From Gammaproteobacteria bacterium (lineage in GTDB: Bacteria > Pseudomonadota > Gammaproteobacteria > DRLM01): a stretch of DNA of 64,000 bases. Every line of letters begins with the position of its first letter. The first letter of the stretch is position 1. The stretch is taken from positions 21,097 through 85,096 of the forward strand of contig JARRQJ010000005.1 of the NCBI GenBank assembly GCA_037381915.1, written 5' to 3'. Shown one piece after another: positions 7,850-18,664 of this stretch. Under the pieces are notes generated by a model, which was given only the letters and a program-made list of their open reading frames with translations, was not told the DNA's origin and did no database searches. The translations under genes were made by a program, and so were the position numbers.

Positions 7850-9712
7850 ATGATGGAACACGCCATGGTCACCTTGGCCGTGATCGTCGTCTTTGGCATT
7901 GCTTGCCAATGGCTGGCGTGGTGGCTCAAATTGCCTGCGATCCTGTTTTTGCTGCTGGCGGGGCTTGTAGTTGGACCGTTTACAGGCTATTTCCGGCCCG
8001 ACCAACTGTTCGGTGATCTGTTGTTTCCCATGGTGTCGCTGGGCGTCGCGGTGATCCTGTTTGAAGGCAGCCTCACCTTACACCTCGGAGAGATCAAGGG
8101 GCTGGCCCGCGTGGTGCGCAACCTGGTAACCGTCGGCGCGGTGCTGAATGCAGTGATCATCGCCGCCGCCACCCGCTGGTTCCTGGATTTTTCCTGGGAA
8201 ATGGCCTTTTTGTTCGGTGCCCTGGTATCGGTGACCGGTCCCACGGTGATCGTCCCCATGTTGCGCACCGTGCGTCCCAACAGCAAACTGGCCAACATCC
8301 TGCGTTGGGAAGGCATCATCATCGATCCCCTGGGCGCCTTGATGGCGGTGTTGGTTTTCGAATTCATCGTTTCCGGACGAGACCATCAGACCTTGTTGGT
8401 ATTCGGCAAGATGTTGCTGATCGGAGGCGGGTCCGGGTCGGCCGCAGCCTACGGTCTTGCGACCCTGCTGCGGCGTCACCTCATCCCCGAGTATTTGCAC
8501 AACGTCTCGACCTTGGCGCTGGTGGTGGGGGTGTTTACCCTCGCCAATGGTCTGCAGAACGAGTCCGGTCTGTTGGCGGTTACCGTGATGGGCATGATCC
8601 TGGCAAACATGAAGAATGTGCCCATCGAGGAGATCCTGGATTTCAAGGAGAGTCTCAGTGTGCTGCTGATCTCTTTGTTGTTCATCGTGCTGGCGGCGCG
8701 GGTGGATTTCCAATTGTTCGCCGCAGTGGGATGGGGCGCGCTGCTGGTGTTTCTGGTGATCTTGTTCGTTGCGCGCCCGGCGATGGTACTGGTCTCCACC
8801 CTGGGCTCCAAACTCAATTGGCGGGAAAAGACCCTGCTCAGCTGGGTGGCACCGCGCGGCATCGTCGCCGCGGCGGTCTCCGCCCTGTTTGCCCTGCGGT
8901 TGCAGAAGCTGGGGTTTGCCCATGCCGATTTGCTGGTGCCCTTGACCTTCATGGTGATCATCGGCACCGTAGTCTTGCAGAGCGCCACGGCTCGACCCTT
9001 GGCAAATCGCTTGAAGGTGTCGGAGCCCGAGCCGCGCGGTGTCCTGATCGTCGGCGCCAATCCGGTGTCGCGCGCCATCGCCAAGTTTTTAACCACAAAG
9101 GGCTTTCGCGTCGTCATCGCCGATACCTATTGGGATGATGTGCGCACCGCGCGCATGGAGGGTTTGGCTACCTATTACGGTAATGTGGTATCCGAACACG
9201 CCGACCGCCATCTCGATTTGGTGGGCGTCGGGCGCCTGTTCGCGATGTCGCGCCGCCCCGCGCTCAACGCCCTGGCCTGTATGCGCTATAGGAGCGAATT
9301 CGGTGCCAATAATGTGTATACCCTGCAAACCGCCGAAGAAGAAGGGGCGCCGGAAAAGCAGGCCATCGCCACCCATATCGCCGGTCCGCGTCTCTTCGGC
9401 GAGAACGTCACCCATAGCAAGTTGGCAAGCATGATCGGTCAGGGCGCGGAGATCCGCGGCACGCAACTCTCCGAATCTTTCGATTACGCCAGCTATCGGG
9501 AAAAGTACGGAAAGGGACTCGTCCCCCTGTTTGCCCTCGACACCCACGGTGAATTGCGGGTCTTTTATGTGGGTGGCGAACTGGAGCCCGGGCCGGGCTG
9601 GACCGTGATCAGTCTGTTGCCGCCGGAGAATGAAAAACAAGCATCAGGATTGCATGAGGGGTCAAACGCGACAGCTGCGCAGAGCAAGGCCGGTGATAGT
9701 GCGCCGGCTTAG
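7850..9712 (+). CDS. CPA1-family Na+(K+)/H+ antiporter with C-terminal RCK/TrkA-like regulatory domain
   Basis: About 400-aa polytopic Na_H exchanger core followed by a cytoplasmic region with a Rossmann-like segment (VLIVGANPVSRAIAKFLTTKGFRVVIADT). Confidence 0.8.
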   Translation: MMEHAMVTLAVIVVFGIACQWLAWWLKLPAILFLLLAGLVVGPFTGYFRPDQLFGDLLFPMVSLGVAVILFEGSLTLHLGEIKGLARVVRNLVTVGAVLNAVIIAAATRWFLDFSWEMAFLFGALVSVTGPTVIVPMLRTVRPNSKLANILRWEGIIIDPLGALMAVLVFEFIVSGRDHQTLLVFGKMLLIGGGSGSAAAYGLATLLRRHLIPEYLHNVSTLALVVGVFTLANGLQNESGLLAVTVMGMILANMKNVPIEEILDFKESLSVLLISLLFIVLAARVDFQLFAAVGWGALLVFLVILFVARPAMVLVSTLGSKLNWREKTLLSWVAPRGIVAAAVSALFALRLQKLGFAHADLLVPLTFMVIIGTVVLQSATARPLANRLKVSEPEPRGVLIVGANPVSRAIAKFLTTKGFRVVIADTYWDDVRTARMEGLATYYGNVVSEHADRHLDLVGVGRLFAMSRRPALNALACMRYRSEFGANNVYTLQTAEEEGAPEKQAIATHIAGPRLFGENVTHSKLASMIGQGAEIRGTQLSESFDYASYREKYGKGLVPLFALDTHGELRVFYVGGELEPGPGWTVISLLPPENEKQASGLHEGSNATAAQSKAGDSAPA

Positions 9713-10728
9713 AGGGTGGCGCGCTCGCCGCTCGCGTCAGGCGCCGATGCCGCCTTGGCATGGCTGAATTCGAAGGGGTCGGCCAGGATGTCCTTGAACG
9801 CGGCGCCGGCGAGGAACACTTTCTTCTTCGTGGTCTTCACCATGTAGACGTTGCCACACAGGTAGATGCGCCAGCCTTTGAGTCGCGGGTAGGCCGCCAG
9901 TGCGACGGCATTGGCGCGGCCCGCGGTGAGCCCGTCGGAAGGGGTTTCACCGGAAATACAGCTTGTGTAGGAGACATTGGGGTAGCGCACGGCCGTGGCG
10001 CGCAACTCGTTCACCAGATATAGGCCGTGGCCGCCGCGACTGCCGTGGAATAGATGAATGGGGCCTTGATGGGCATGATGCAGGGCGTCGCGCAGCACAC
10101 CCCATAAGGGGGCGAGGCCGGTGCCGGTGGCGATCATAAGCAGCGGTTGTTGAGGTTCCCCGGGCGTATAGACGCAGTCGCCGAAAGGCCCCTGGATTTG
10201 CACCTTGTCGCCCACCGCCATCCCGTCGTGGATCCAGCTGCTCATGCTGCCGTCGGCGACCCGCTGTACGTGCAGTTCCAGCGACTCGTCCACGCCCGGA
10301 ACACTCGCCAGGGAATAACTGCGCATCACGTCCCCATGTTTCACATTGATGAATTGTCCCGCGCGATAGGAGAGCTTATCCGCGCATCGCAGACGCACGC
10401 GCATGACGCGCTCGGCGAGGGGTTCCTTGGCCACGACTTGCGCTGCATGCAACGGCATATCGGCATCACTCGGCAATGCCACCTCCATGTCCGAGCTAGG
10501 TTTGCATTGACAGGCGAGAAAGTGGTTGCGCTCGCGCAGCGACGGCTTCAAACCCTTTTGTGCCTCGACAGGCGGCGCCTTGTCGACGGCGCGCATCAGG
10601 CAGGTTTGGCAAATACCGCTGCGGCAGGAAGACGGAATCGGGAGGCCGTGCCGCGTCAAACCTTCGAGTACCGATTCCTGTTCCCCCAGTGGATAACGGT
10701 GGTTATCAAAGGTAATGACAGGCGACAC
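9709..10728 (-). CDS. 2Fe-2S ferredoxin / FAD / NAD(P)H oxidoreductase (MmoC/AscD-like ferredoxin-NADP reductase family)
   Basis: N-terminal plant-type 2Fe-2S motif (CRSGICQTCLMRAV...C), RSYSLAS FAD-binding motif and GTGLAPL NAD-binding motif. GTG start preceded by AAGGAG. Sits 21 bp downstream of the globin gene on the same strand. Confidence 0.8.
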   Translation of the reverse strand: MSPVITFDNHRYPLGEQESVLEGLTRHGLPIPSSCRSGICQTCLMRAVDKAPPVEAQKGLKPSLRERNHFLACQCKPSSDMEVALPSDADMPLHAAQVVAKEPLAERVMRVRLRCADKLSYRAGQFINVKHGDVMRSYSLASVPGVDESLELHVQRVADGSMSSWIHDGMAVGDKVQIQGPFGDCVYTPGEPQQPLLMIATGTGLAPLWGVLRDALHHAHQGPIHLFHGSRGGHGLYLVNELRATAVRYPNVSYTSCISGETPSDGLTAGRANAVALAAYPRLKGWRIYLCGNVYMVKTTKKKVFLAGAAFKDILADPFEFSHAKAASAPDASGERATL

Positions 10729-10749
10729 GGCTCCCGCTCCTTTTCGCGT

Positions 10750-11118
10750 TTAGCGGCCCAATACGTCGTTGCGGGTGCTTTCGGCGATGGCGGCTGCCTC
10801 GGCGATCAGCTCCTCGGGGACGTTGAGCTCTTGCAGGGTGGCGGCCAGATCTTCCATCACCGCATCGAAGTGGCTGTCATTCAGGCCCCGCTTCACCAGA
10901 TGGGCATGGCCCTCGCGCATGGACTTGTCGGTGTAATTGTTGGGGCCGCCGAAAGCCACGGTCAGGAAGGCCTTTTGTTTCGCCGCCTGCCTGTCCATAT
11001 CCACATCCTCGAAAAACTCGCTGATGCGGTCGTCGGCAAGGACCTTGCGATAAAAGATGTCCACGGCGGCATTGACGGCGGCTTCACCGCCGATACGATC
11101 ATAAAGACTCTGGGTCAT
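10750..11118 (-). CDS. Truncated haemoglobin, group I (trHbN/GlbN-like)
   Basis: About 123 aa from the ATG at 11118 (AAGGAG SD 8 nt upstream). Sequence MTQSLYDRIGGEAAVNAAVDIFYRKVLADDRISEFF...HAHL is a classic 2/2 Hb signature (Gly-Gly motif, B10 Tyr). The ORF track gives a longer 151-aa frame; the internal start is preferred from the SD and homology. Confidence 0.8.
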   Translation of the reverse strand: MTQSLYDRIGGEAAVNAAVDIFYRKVLADDRISEFFEDVDMDRQAAKQKAFLTVAFGGPNNYTDKSMREGHAHLVKRGLNDSHFDAVMEDLAATLQELNVPEELIAEAAAIAESTRNDVLGR

Positions 11119-11162
11119 GATGAGATCTCCTTTTGAGACTGAGGCGTTAACGGGCACAAAAG

Positions 11163-11179
11163 ATGTATCAAAGATACAT
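11163..11179. promoter_or_regulatory. Perfect palindrome ATGTATC-AAA-GATACAT in the globin promoter (candidate NO-responsive NsrR-like operator)
   Basis: Seen directly, flanked by A/T runs (AAAAGATGTATCAAAGATACATTTTAG). Lies about 45-60 bp upstream of the trHb start in the divergent intergenic region shared with the MFS gene. Confidence 0.4.
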
Positions 11180-11315
11180 TTTAGGGGGGATAAGCAAAAA
11201 GTCAATAAATATCTTATGGTTATTATGACCGATTTCGTCGGGTATTTAAGGGCAAAGCCTCAGCGGCGGGTCTTGTTACCATAGCCGGCTGGTAAGGACA
11301 TCCGCCGTTGCCATT

Positions 11316-12482
11316 ATGAAAGCCAATCTTCTCTCATTGCCCCGAACGGTGCTGGTCCTCGGCGGTGTATCGATGCTCAACGACGCCGCCAGCGATATGC
11401 TGGCGCCGTTGTTGCCCGTGTTCCTCACAGTCACCCTGGGAGGCGGGCCTGTGATCGTGGGTCTGATCGAGGGTGTCGCCGAGGCTACCGCCAGCATCCT
11501 GAAGTTGATAGCGGGGTGGCTGGCGGACCGCGGCTGGAACCAAAAAGGATTGGTGATCGGGGGCTACGGCCTGTCCAACGCCGCACGGCCGCTGATCGGT
11601 GTGGCTGCGAGTTGGGCGCCGGTGCTGGTGCTGCGCTTCCTCGATCGGGTGGGCAAGGGGCTGCGCACCGCACCCCGTGACGCCATGATCGCCGCGTCGG
11701 TGTCGCCGAGCATCAGCGGCCGCGCCTTCGGTTTCCATCGCGCCCTGGACCACGGCGGCGCCGTGCTCGGTCCCTTACTGGCCTATGCCATGCTGGAAGC
11801 GCAGGTGCCATTGCGCCATATTTTTTTCGCCTCGGTGGTTCCCGGAGTGCTGGTGATGCTGCTGTTGATCTTCGGCCTGTCCCATACCACCGTTCAGCCA
11901 CCGCCTGCGAGCGCGCCGCGATTCGCCTGGCGGCAATTGGACAGCCGCTTGCGCGGCTTGATCGTCGCCTCGGCCGCCTTGGCCCTGGCGGCGGTCCCCG
12001 ATGCCTTTCTGGTGTTGTGGATGGAGGCGCGGGGATTCAACATCCTGTGGGTTCCGTTGCTGTGGGCCGCCATGCACGCCGTCAAGGGTATGGTGGCCAT
12101 GCCCTTCGGCATGTTGTCGGACCGGACCTCCCGTCTGACCGTGGTGACCGGCGGCTGGTGCGCCCGGGTAATATTGCTGTTGGGGCTGGGCTGGTTCAGC
12201 AACGGTACTGGGCTGGCGTGGGGAATGTTGCTGGCCTATGCTGCCGCGGTTGCCTCGACCGAAGGGGCTGAGCGGGCCCTGATCGGTGACGTGGCGCCAC
12301 CTGAAAGCAAGGCCACCGCCTTCGGCACCTATCACATGTTGAGCGGCTTGTGCGCCCTGCCGGGAGCCTTGTTGTTCGGCACCCTATGGGAGTGGGCGGG
12401 CATGAGCACCGCCTTCGCGGTGGCTGCGGCCCTGACTGCGGTTTCCGCGGCGGCCTTGGTGACGATTGCACGGCGCGGTTAA
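11316..12482 (+). CDS. MFS transporter
   Basis: 12-TM topology with an MFS motif between TM2 and TM3 (GWLADRGWNQKG...RFLDRVGKGLR). Confidence 0.75.
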   Translation: MKANLLSLPRTVLVLGGVSMLNDAASDMLAPLLPVFLTVTLGGGPVIVGLIEGVAEATASILKLIAGWLADRGWNQKGLVIGGYGLSNAARPLIGVAASWAPVLVLRFLDRVGKGLRTAPRDAMIAASVSPSISGRAFGFHRALDHGGAVLGPLLAYAMLEAQVPLRHIFFASVVPGVLVMLLLIFGLSHTTVQPPPASAPRFAWRQLDSRLRGLIVASAALALAAVPDAFLVLWMEARGFNILWVPLLWAAMHAVKGMVAMPFGMLSDRTSRLTVVTGGWCARVILLLGLGWFSNGTGLAWGMLLAYAAAVASTEGAERALIGDVAPPESKATAFGTYHMLSGLCALPGALLFGTLWEWAGMSTAFAVAAALTAVSAAALVTIARRG

Positions 12483-12615
12483 CCGTCCGGCGTGGCGCTG
12501 CACGGAGGCAGAGTTGCATACGGGAACGGCCTGGATGATATGCACGCCGTCAGCATGGTGCAGGGTGGGACCCGGATCGTAATCATCGGGCGCAGACCGG
12601 ATTCCGGGGTGAATC

Positions 12616-14052
12616 TCAGGCGCTCAGTTTTATCTTCAACAGTTCGTTCAGCTGCTGCGGATTGGCCTTGCCCTGGGTGGCCTTCATCACCTGACCGACG
12701 AAGAAGCCGAACAATTTGTCCTTGCCTGCCCGGTAGTCCGCCAGCTGTTGCGGGTTCTTGGCCAGCACCTCGTCGATGATCTTTTCGATGGCGCCGCTGT
12801 CGGTGACTTGCTTGAGACCGCGCTTTTCGATAATGGCATCGGCGTCGCCGTCCCCGTTCCACATGGCCTCGAATACCTGTTTGGCGATCTTGCCGGAGAT
12901 GGTGTTGTCGGCGATGCGTTTGAGCATGCCGCCCAGCATGGCGGCGCTTACCGGACTGGCGGCCAGTTCCTTGCCTTCCTTGTTGAGGGCGCCCAGCAGG
13001 TCGCCCATCACCCAGTTGGCGGCAAGCTTGGGTTCGCCACCGCTGCTCTCGACCACCGCCTCGTAATAGTCGGCCAACTCGCGGCTGGAAGTGAGCACCC
13101 CGGCGTCGTAGGGTGGCAGGCCGAATTCATAGCAGAAGCGTTCGCGCTTGCTGTCGGGCAATTCCGGCAGGGTGGCGCGCACCTCTTCGACGAACGCCTG
13201 GTCGATTTCCAGCGGCAGCAGATCGGGATCGGGGAAATAGCGGTAATCGAATGCTTCTTCCTTGGAGCGCATCGAGCGAGTCTCATCCTTGTTGGCGTCG
13301 TAAAGGCGGGTCTCCTGCGAGATGTGGCCGCCGGATTCCAGGATCTCGATCTGGCGCTCTACTTCGAAATTGATGGCGCGCTCCACGAAACGGAAGGAGT
13401 TGAGGTTCTTGATCTCGCAGCGCGTGCCGAAACGGTGTTCGCCCTTGTGGCGCACCGAAACATTGGCGTCGCAGCGAAACGAACCCTCCTGCATGTTGCC
13501 GTCGCAGATCTCCAGGTAGGTCACCAGGGAGTGGATTTTCTTCATGTAGGCCACCGCCTCCTTGGCGGAGCGCATGTCCGGTTCGGAGACGATCTCCAGC
13601 AGGGGGGTGCCGGCGCGGTTGAGGTCGATGCCGGTCAGGCCATGAAAATCCTCGTGCAGGGATTTGCCGGCGTCCTCTTCCAGATGGGCGCGGGTGACGC
13701 CTATGGTCTTGCTTTCGCCGTTTTCCAGCTCGATCTGCACCTGGCCGTGCTGTACCACCGGGAGCTCATATTGACTGATCTGATAGCCCTTGGGCAGATC
13801 GGGGTAAAAATAATTCTTGCGGGCGAAGACCGAGCGCGGCGCCACCGTGGCCTGAATGGCCAGGCCGAACTTGGCCGCCATGCGCACCGCCTTCTTATTC
13901 AATACCGGCAATACCCCGGGCAGGCCCAGATCCACGGCGCAGGCCTGGGTATTGGGCAGCGCGCCGTAAGCGGTGGCCGCACCCGAGAAGATCTTGCTGC
14001 GGGTGGCCAGTTGGGCATGGATTTCAAGGCCGATGACAGTTTCCCATTCCAT
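12616..14052 (-). CDS. gatB: Asp-tRNA(Asn)/Glu-tRNA(Gln) amidotransferase subunit B
   Basis: [24 protein letters not shown]...; full-length collinear GatB. Confidence 0.95.
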   Translation of the reverse strand: MEWETVIGLEIHAQLATRSKIFSGAATAYGALPNTQACAVDLGLPGVLPVLNKKAVRMAAKFGLAIQATVAPRSVFARKNYFYPDLPKGYQISQYELPVVQHGQVQIELENGESKTIGVTRAHLEEDAGKSLHEDFHGLTGIDLNRAGTPLLEIVSEPDMRSAKEAVAYMKKIHSLVTYLEICDGNMQEGSFRCDANVSVRHKGEHRFGTRCEIKNLNSFRFVERAINFEVERQIEILESGGHISQETRLYDANKDETRSMRSKEEAFDYRYFPDPDLLPLEIDQAFVEEVRATLPELPDSKRERFCYEFGLPPYDAGVLTSSRELADYYEAVVESSGGEPKLAANWVMGDLLGALNKEGKELAASPVSAAMLGGMLKRIADNTISGKIAKQVFEAMWNGDGDADAIIEKRGLKQVTDSGAIEKIIDEVLAKNPQQLADYRAGKDKLFGFFVGQVMKATQGKANPQQLNELLKIKLSA

Positions 14053-14121
14053 ATTCAGAGTTCCGAGTAACGAGTAGCCGTTAATTTGTGACCGCGGGCG
14101 AACGGCGTTGCACCGCCGAGA

Positions 14122-15576
<1,455 letters not shown>

Positions 15577-15618
15577 TACGCAACTTTCCTTGCAATCTGG
15601 GTTAAAGTGTTGGCCCTA

Positions 15619-15906
15619 TCATTCGATAACCTTGGGGACCAGGTACAATCCCGCCTCCACTTGCGGTGCGATGGATTGGAAATGGTCGCGTTGATCGGCT
15701 TCGGTGATTTCGTCGGCGCGCAAGCGCTGGCCGGCCTCCATGGGGTGGGCCATGGGAATCACGGAGTGGGTATCCACACTATTCATCTGTTCCACCATGT
15801 GGAGGATGTTGGAAAGCTCGCGGACGTAGCGGGGTATATCTTCCTCGGCAACGGCCAGGCGCGCCAAATGGGCGATTTTTTCGATGTCGGAATGCTGCAG
15901 ACTCAT
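15619..15906 (-). CDS. gatC: Glu-tRNA(Gln) amidotransferase subunit C
   Basis: MSLQHSDIEKIAHLARLAV... The ORF track extends 6 codons upstream (to 15924); the start at M7 is chosen by homology. Confidence 0.9.
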   Translation of the reverse strand: MSLQHSDIEKIAHLARLAVAEEDIPRYVRELSNILHMVEQMNSVDTHSVIPMAHPMEAGQRLRADEITEADQRDHFQSIAPQVEAGLYLVPKVIE

Positions 15907-15918
15907 GGGATTGAGTGA

Positions 15919-17124
<1,206 letters not shown>

Positions 17125-17284
17125 TAAGTGGCGGCGGCGCTTTCGCAGGAAAGCATGGGCCGTCACTTTGTCGGTTACCGGGCCATGGCGTTAAGGGCAG
17201 CAGCGGCCGCGAAACCGACGGTTTTCGGGGGATCCTCCCATTAAGCCGCTGTTCATACGAGGGCCGTCCGAGAATAGCCGGCTC

Positions 17285-18157
17285 GTGGTATTCGTGGCCA
17301 TATCCTTGGTGCTGATGACCGTGGATCATCGTCAACACCACTTGGAAAGCGTTCGGTCAGCGCTCTCCTTTGTGATATCCCCCCTGGAATACATGTTGAG
17401 CGTGCCCGTGGGTGCCGGCCATTGGTTGGGCGAGGCCTTAAGCAGCCGCCAAACCTTGGAGCAGCAAATCGCCGAGTTGCGTTCCCGCGAGCTCTTGCAG
17501 AGCGCACGTCTGCAAAAGTTGGCGGCACTCGAGGCCGAGAATACGCGCCTGCGTTCCCTGCTGGATTCTTCTTTCAAGGTCGGGGAGCGGGTGCTGGTGG
17601 CGGAACTGCTGGAAGTGGACTTCGATCCCTTCTCCCAGGAGATCGTCATCAACAAGGGCAGCCATGACGGCGTGGAGATAGGTCAATCCATTGTGGACGC
17701 CGAGGGGGTGATGGGGCAGGTGGTACATGTGGCGCCGTTCACCAGCACGGCCATGTTGATCACCGATCCCAGTCACGCCATACCGGTGGCGGTGAACCGA
17801 AACGGTTTACGGGCCATCGCCATGGGGACGGGAGCGGCGGACCGTCTGGATATCCCCAATTTGCCGCTGAACGCCGATATCCAGACGGGTGATCTGTTGG
17901 TGACCTCCGGACTGGGCGGCCGATTTCCACCGGGTTATCCGGTAGCGGTGGTGAAAAAGGTGGTACGTAATCCCGGTCAGCCTTTTGCCGATGTGACGGC
18001 CCGGCCGACCGCCCATTTAGAGCAGAGCCGCGAAGTGTTGTTGGTGTGGCGTTCGTCACAGCAGCCGGCGGACGCGCCATGCGATCCCGATCACGGGCCG
18101 TGTCCGTCAGCGGACGATAAGGCGCCGGCGAAGGCCAAGTCCGGGAAGGGAAGCTGA
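17285..18157 (+). CDS. mreC: Rod-shape determining protein MreC
   Basis: TM helix plus coiled coil plus beta-rich domain. MreC-like N-terminal similarity (KPLFIRGPSENSRL) continues upstream to an ATT codon at 17240, so the true start is uncertain. Confidence 0.85.
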   Translation: MVFVAISLVLMTVDHRQHHLESVRSALSFVISPLEYMLSVPVGAGHWLGEALSSRQTLEQQIAELRSRELLQSARLQKLAALEAENTRLRSLLDSSFKVGERVLVAELLEVDFDPFSQEIVINKGSHDGVEIGQSIVDAEGVMGQVVHVAPFTSTAMLITDPSHAIPVAVNRNGLRAIAMGTGAADRLDIPNLPLNADIQTGDLLVTSGLGGRFPPGYPVAVVKKVVRNPGQPFADVTARPTAHLEQSREVLLVWRSSQQPADAPCDPDHGPCPSADDKAPAKAKSGKGS

Positions 18158-18159
18158 GC

Positions 18160-18648
18160 ATGGTATTGGCCACCCATCACCGCGGCTGGGTCATCGTCGT
18201 CACCTTCATCGGGGCCATGATGCTGGATATCGCGCCCCTGCCGGACTGGATCGTCGCGTTCCGCCCCGAGTGGTCGGCGATGGTGTTGATCTACTGGTGT
18301 TTGGCCCTGCCGCAACGGGTGGGGGTGGGGATCGGTTGGTTGGTAGGCCTGGTGGTGGACGTACTGCGCGGCGCGCTGCTGGGCCAACACGCCTTGGGCT
18401 TCGCGGTGATGGCCTACCTCGCCCTGAAGCTTCACCGCCGGATACGGGTCTTTCCACAGTGGCAGCAGGCATTGACGATTATGGTGTTTATCGCACTTCA
18501 TCAACTATTGGTATTGTGGGTATTGGGTATAATCGGTCAGTCGCGAGGCACATTCAGCTACTGGCTGCCGAGCGTCTCCAGCGCCGTATTGTGGCCATGG
18601 ATGTTCGCCGGGTTGCGGGGCGTGCGCCGCCGTTTCCATGTGACGTGA
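18160..18648 (+). CDS. mreD: Rod-shape determining protein MreD
   Basis: Small polytopic protein directly after mreC with MreD-like sequence. Confidence 0.85.
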   Translation: MVLATHHRGWVIVVTFIGAMMLDIAPLPDWIVAFRPEWSAMVLIYWCLALPQRVGVGIGWLVGLVVDVLRGALLGQHALGFAVMAYLALKLHRRIRVFPQWQQALTIMVFIALHQLLVLWVLGIIGQSRGTFSYWLPSVSSAVLWPWMFAGLRGVRRRFHVT

Positions 18649-18664
18649 CCCCGGTCCCCGTGCC

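Noticed and set aside
12748-14070. 440-aa ORF antisense to gatB (and similar long antisense ORFs: 16072-17166 opposite mreB, 34926-36809 opposite polA, 42616-44280 opposite gspE, 62181-63167 opposite uvrD, 31312-31995 opposite the TPP enzyme, 8078-8923 opposite the antiporter)
   Set aside because: In each case the opposite strand encodes a full-length, well-conserved protein. The antisense frames are Arg/Gly/His-rich low-complexity translations typical of stop-codon-poor high-GC DNA.
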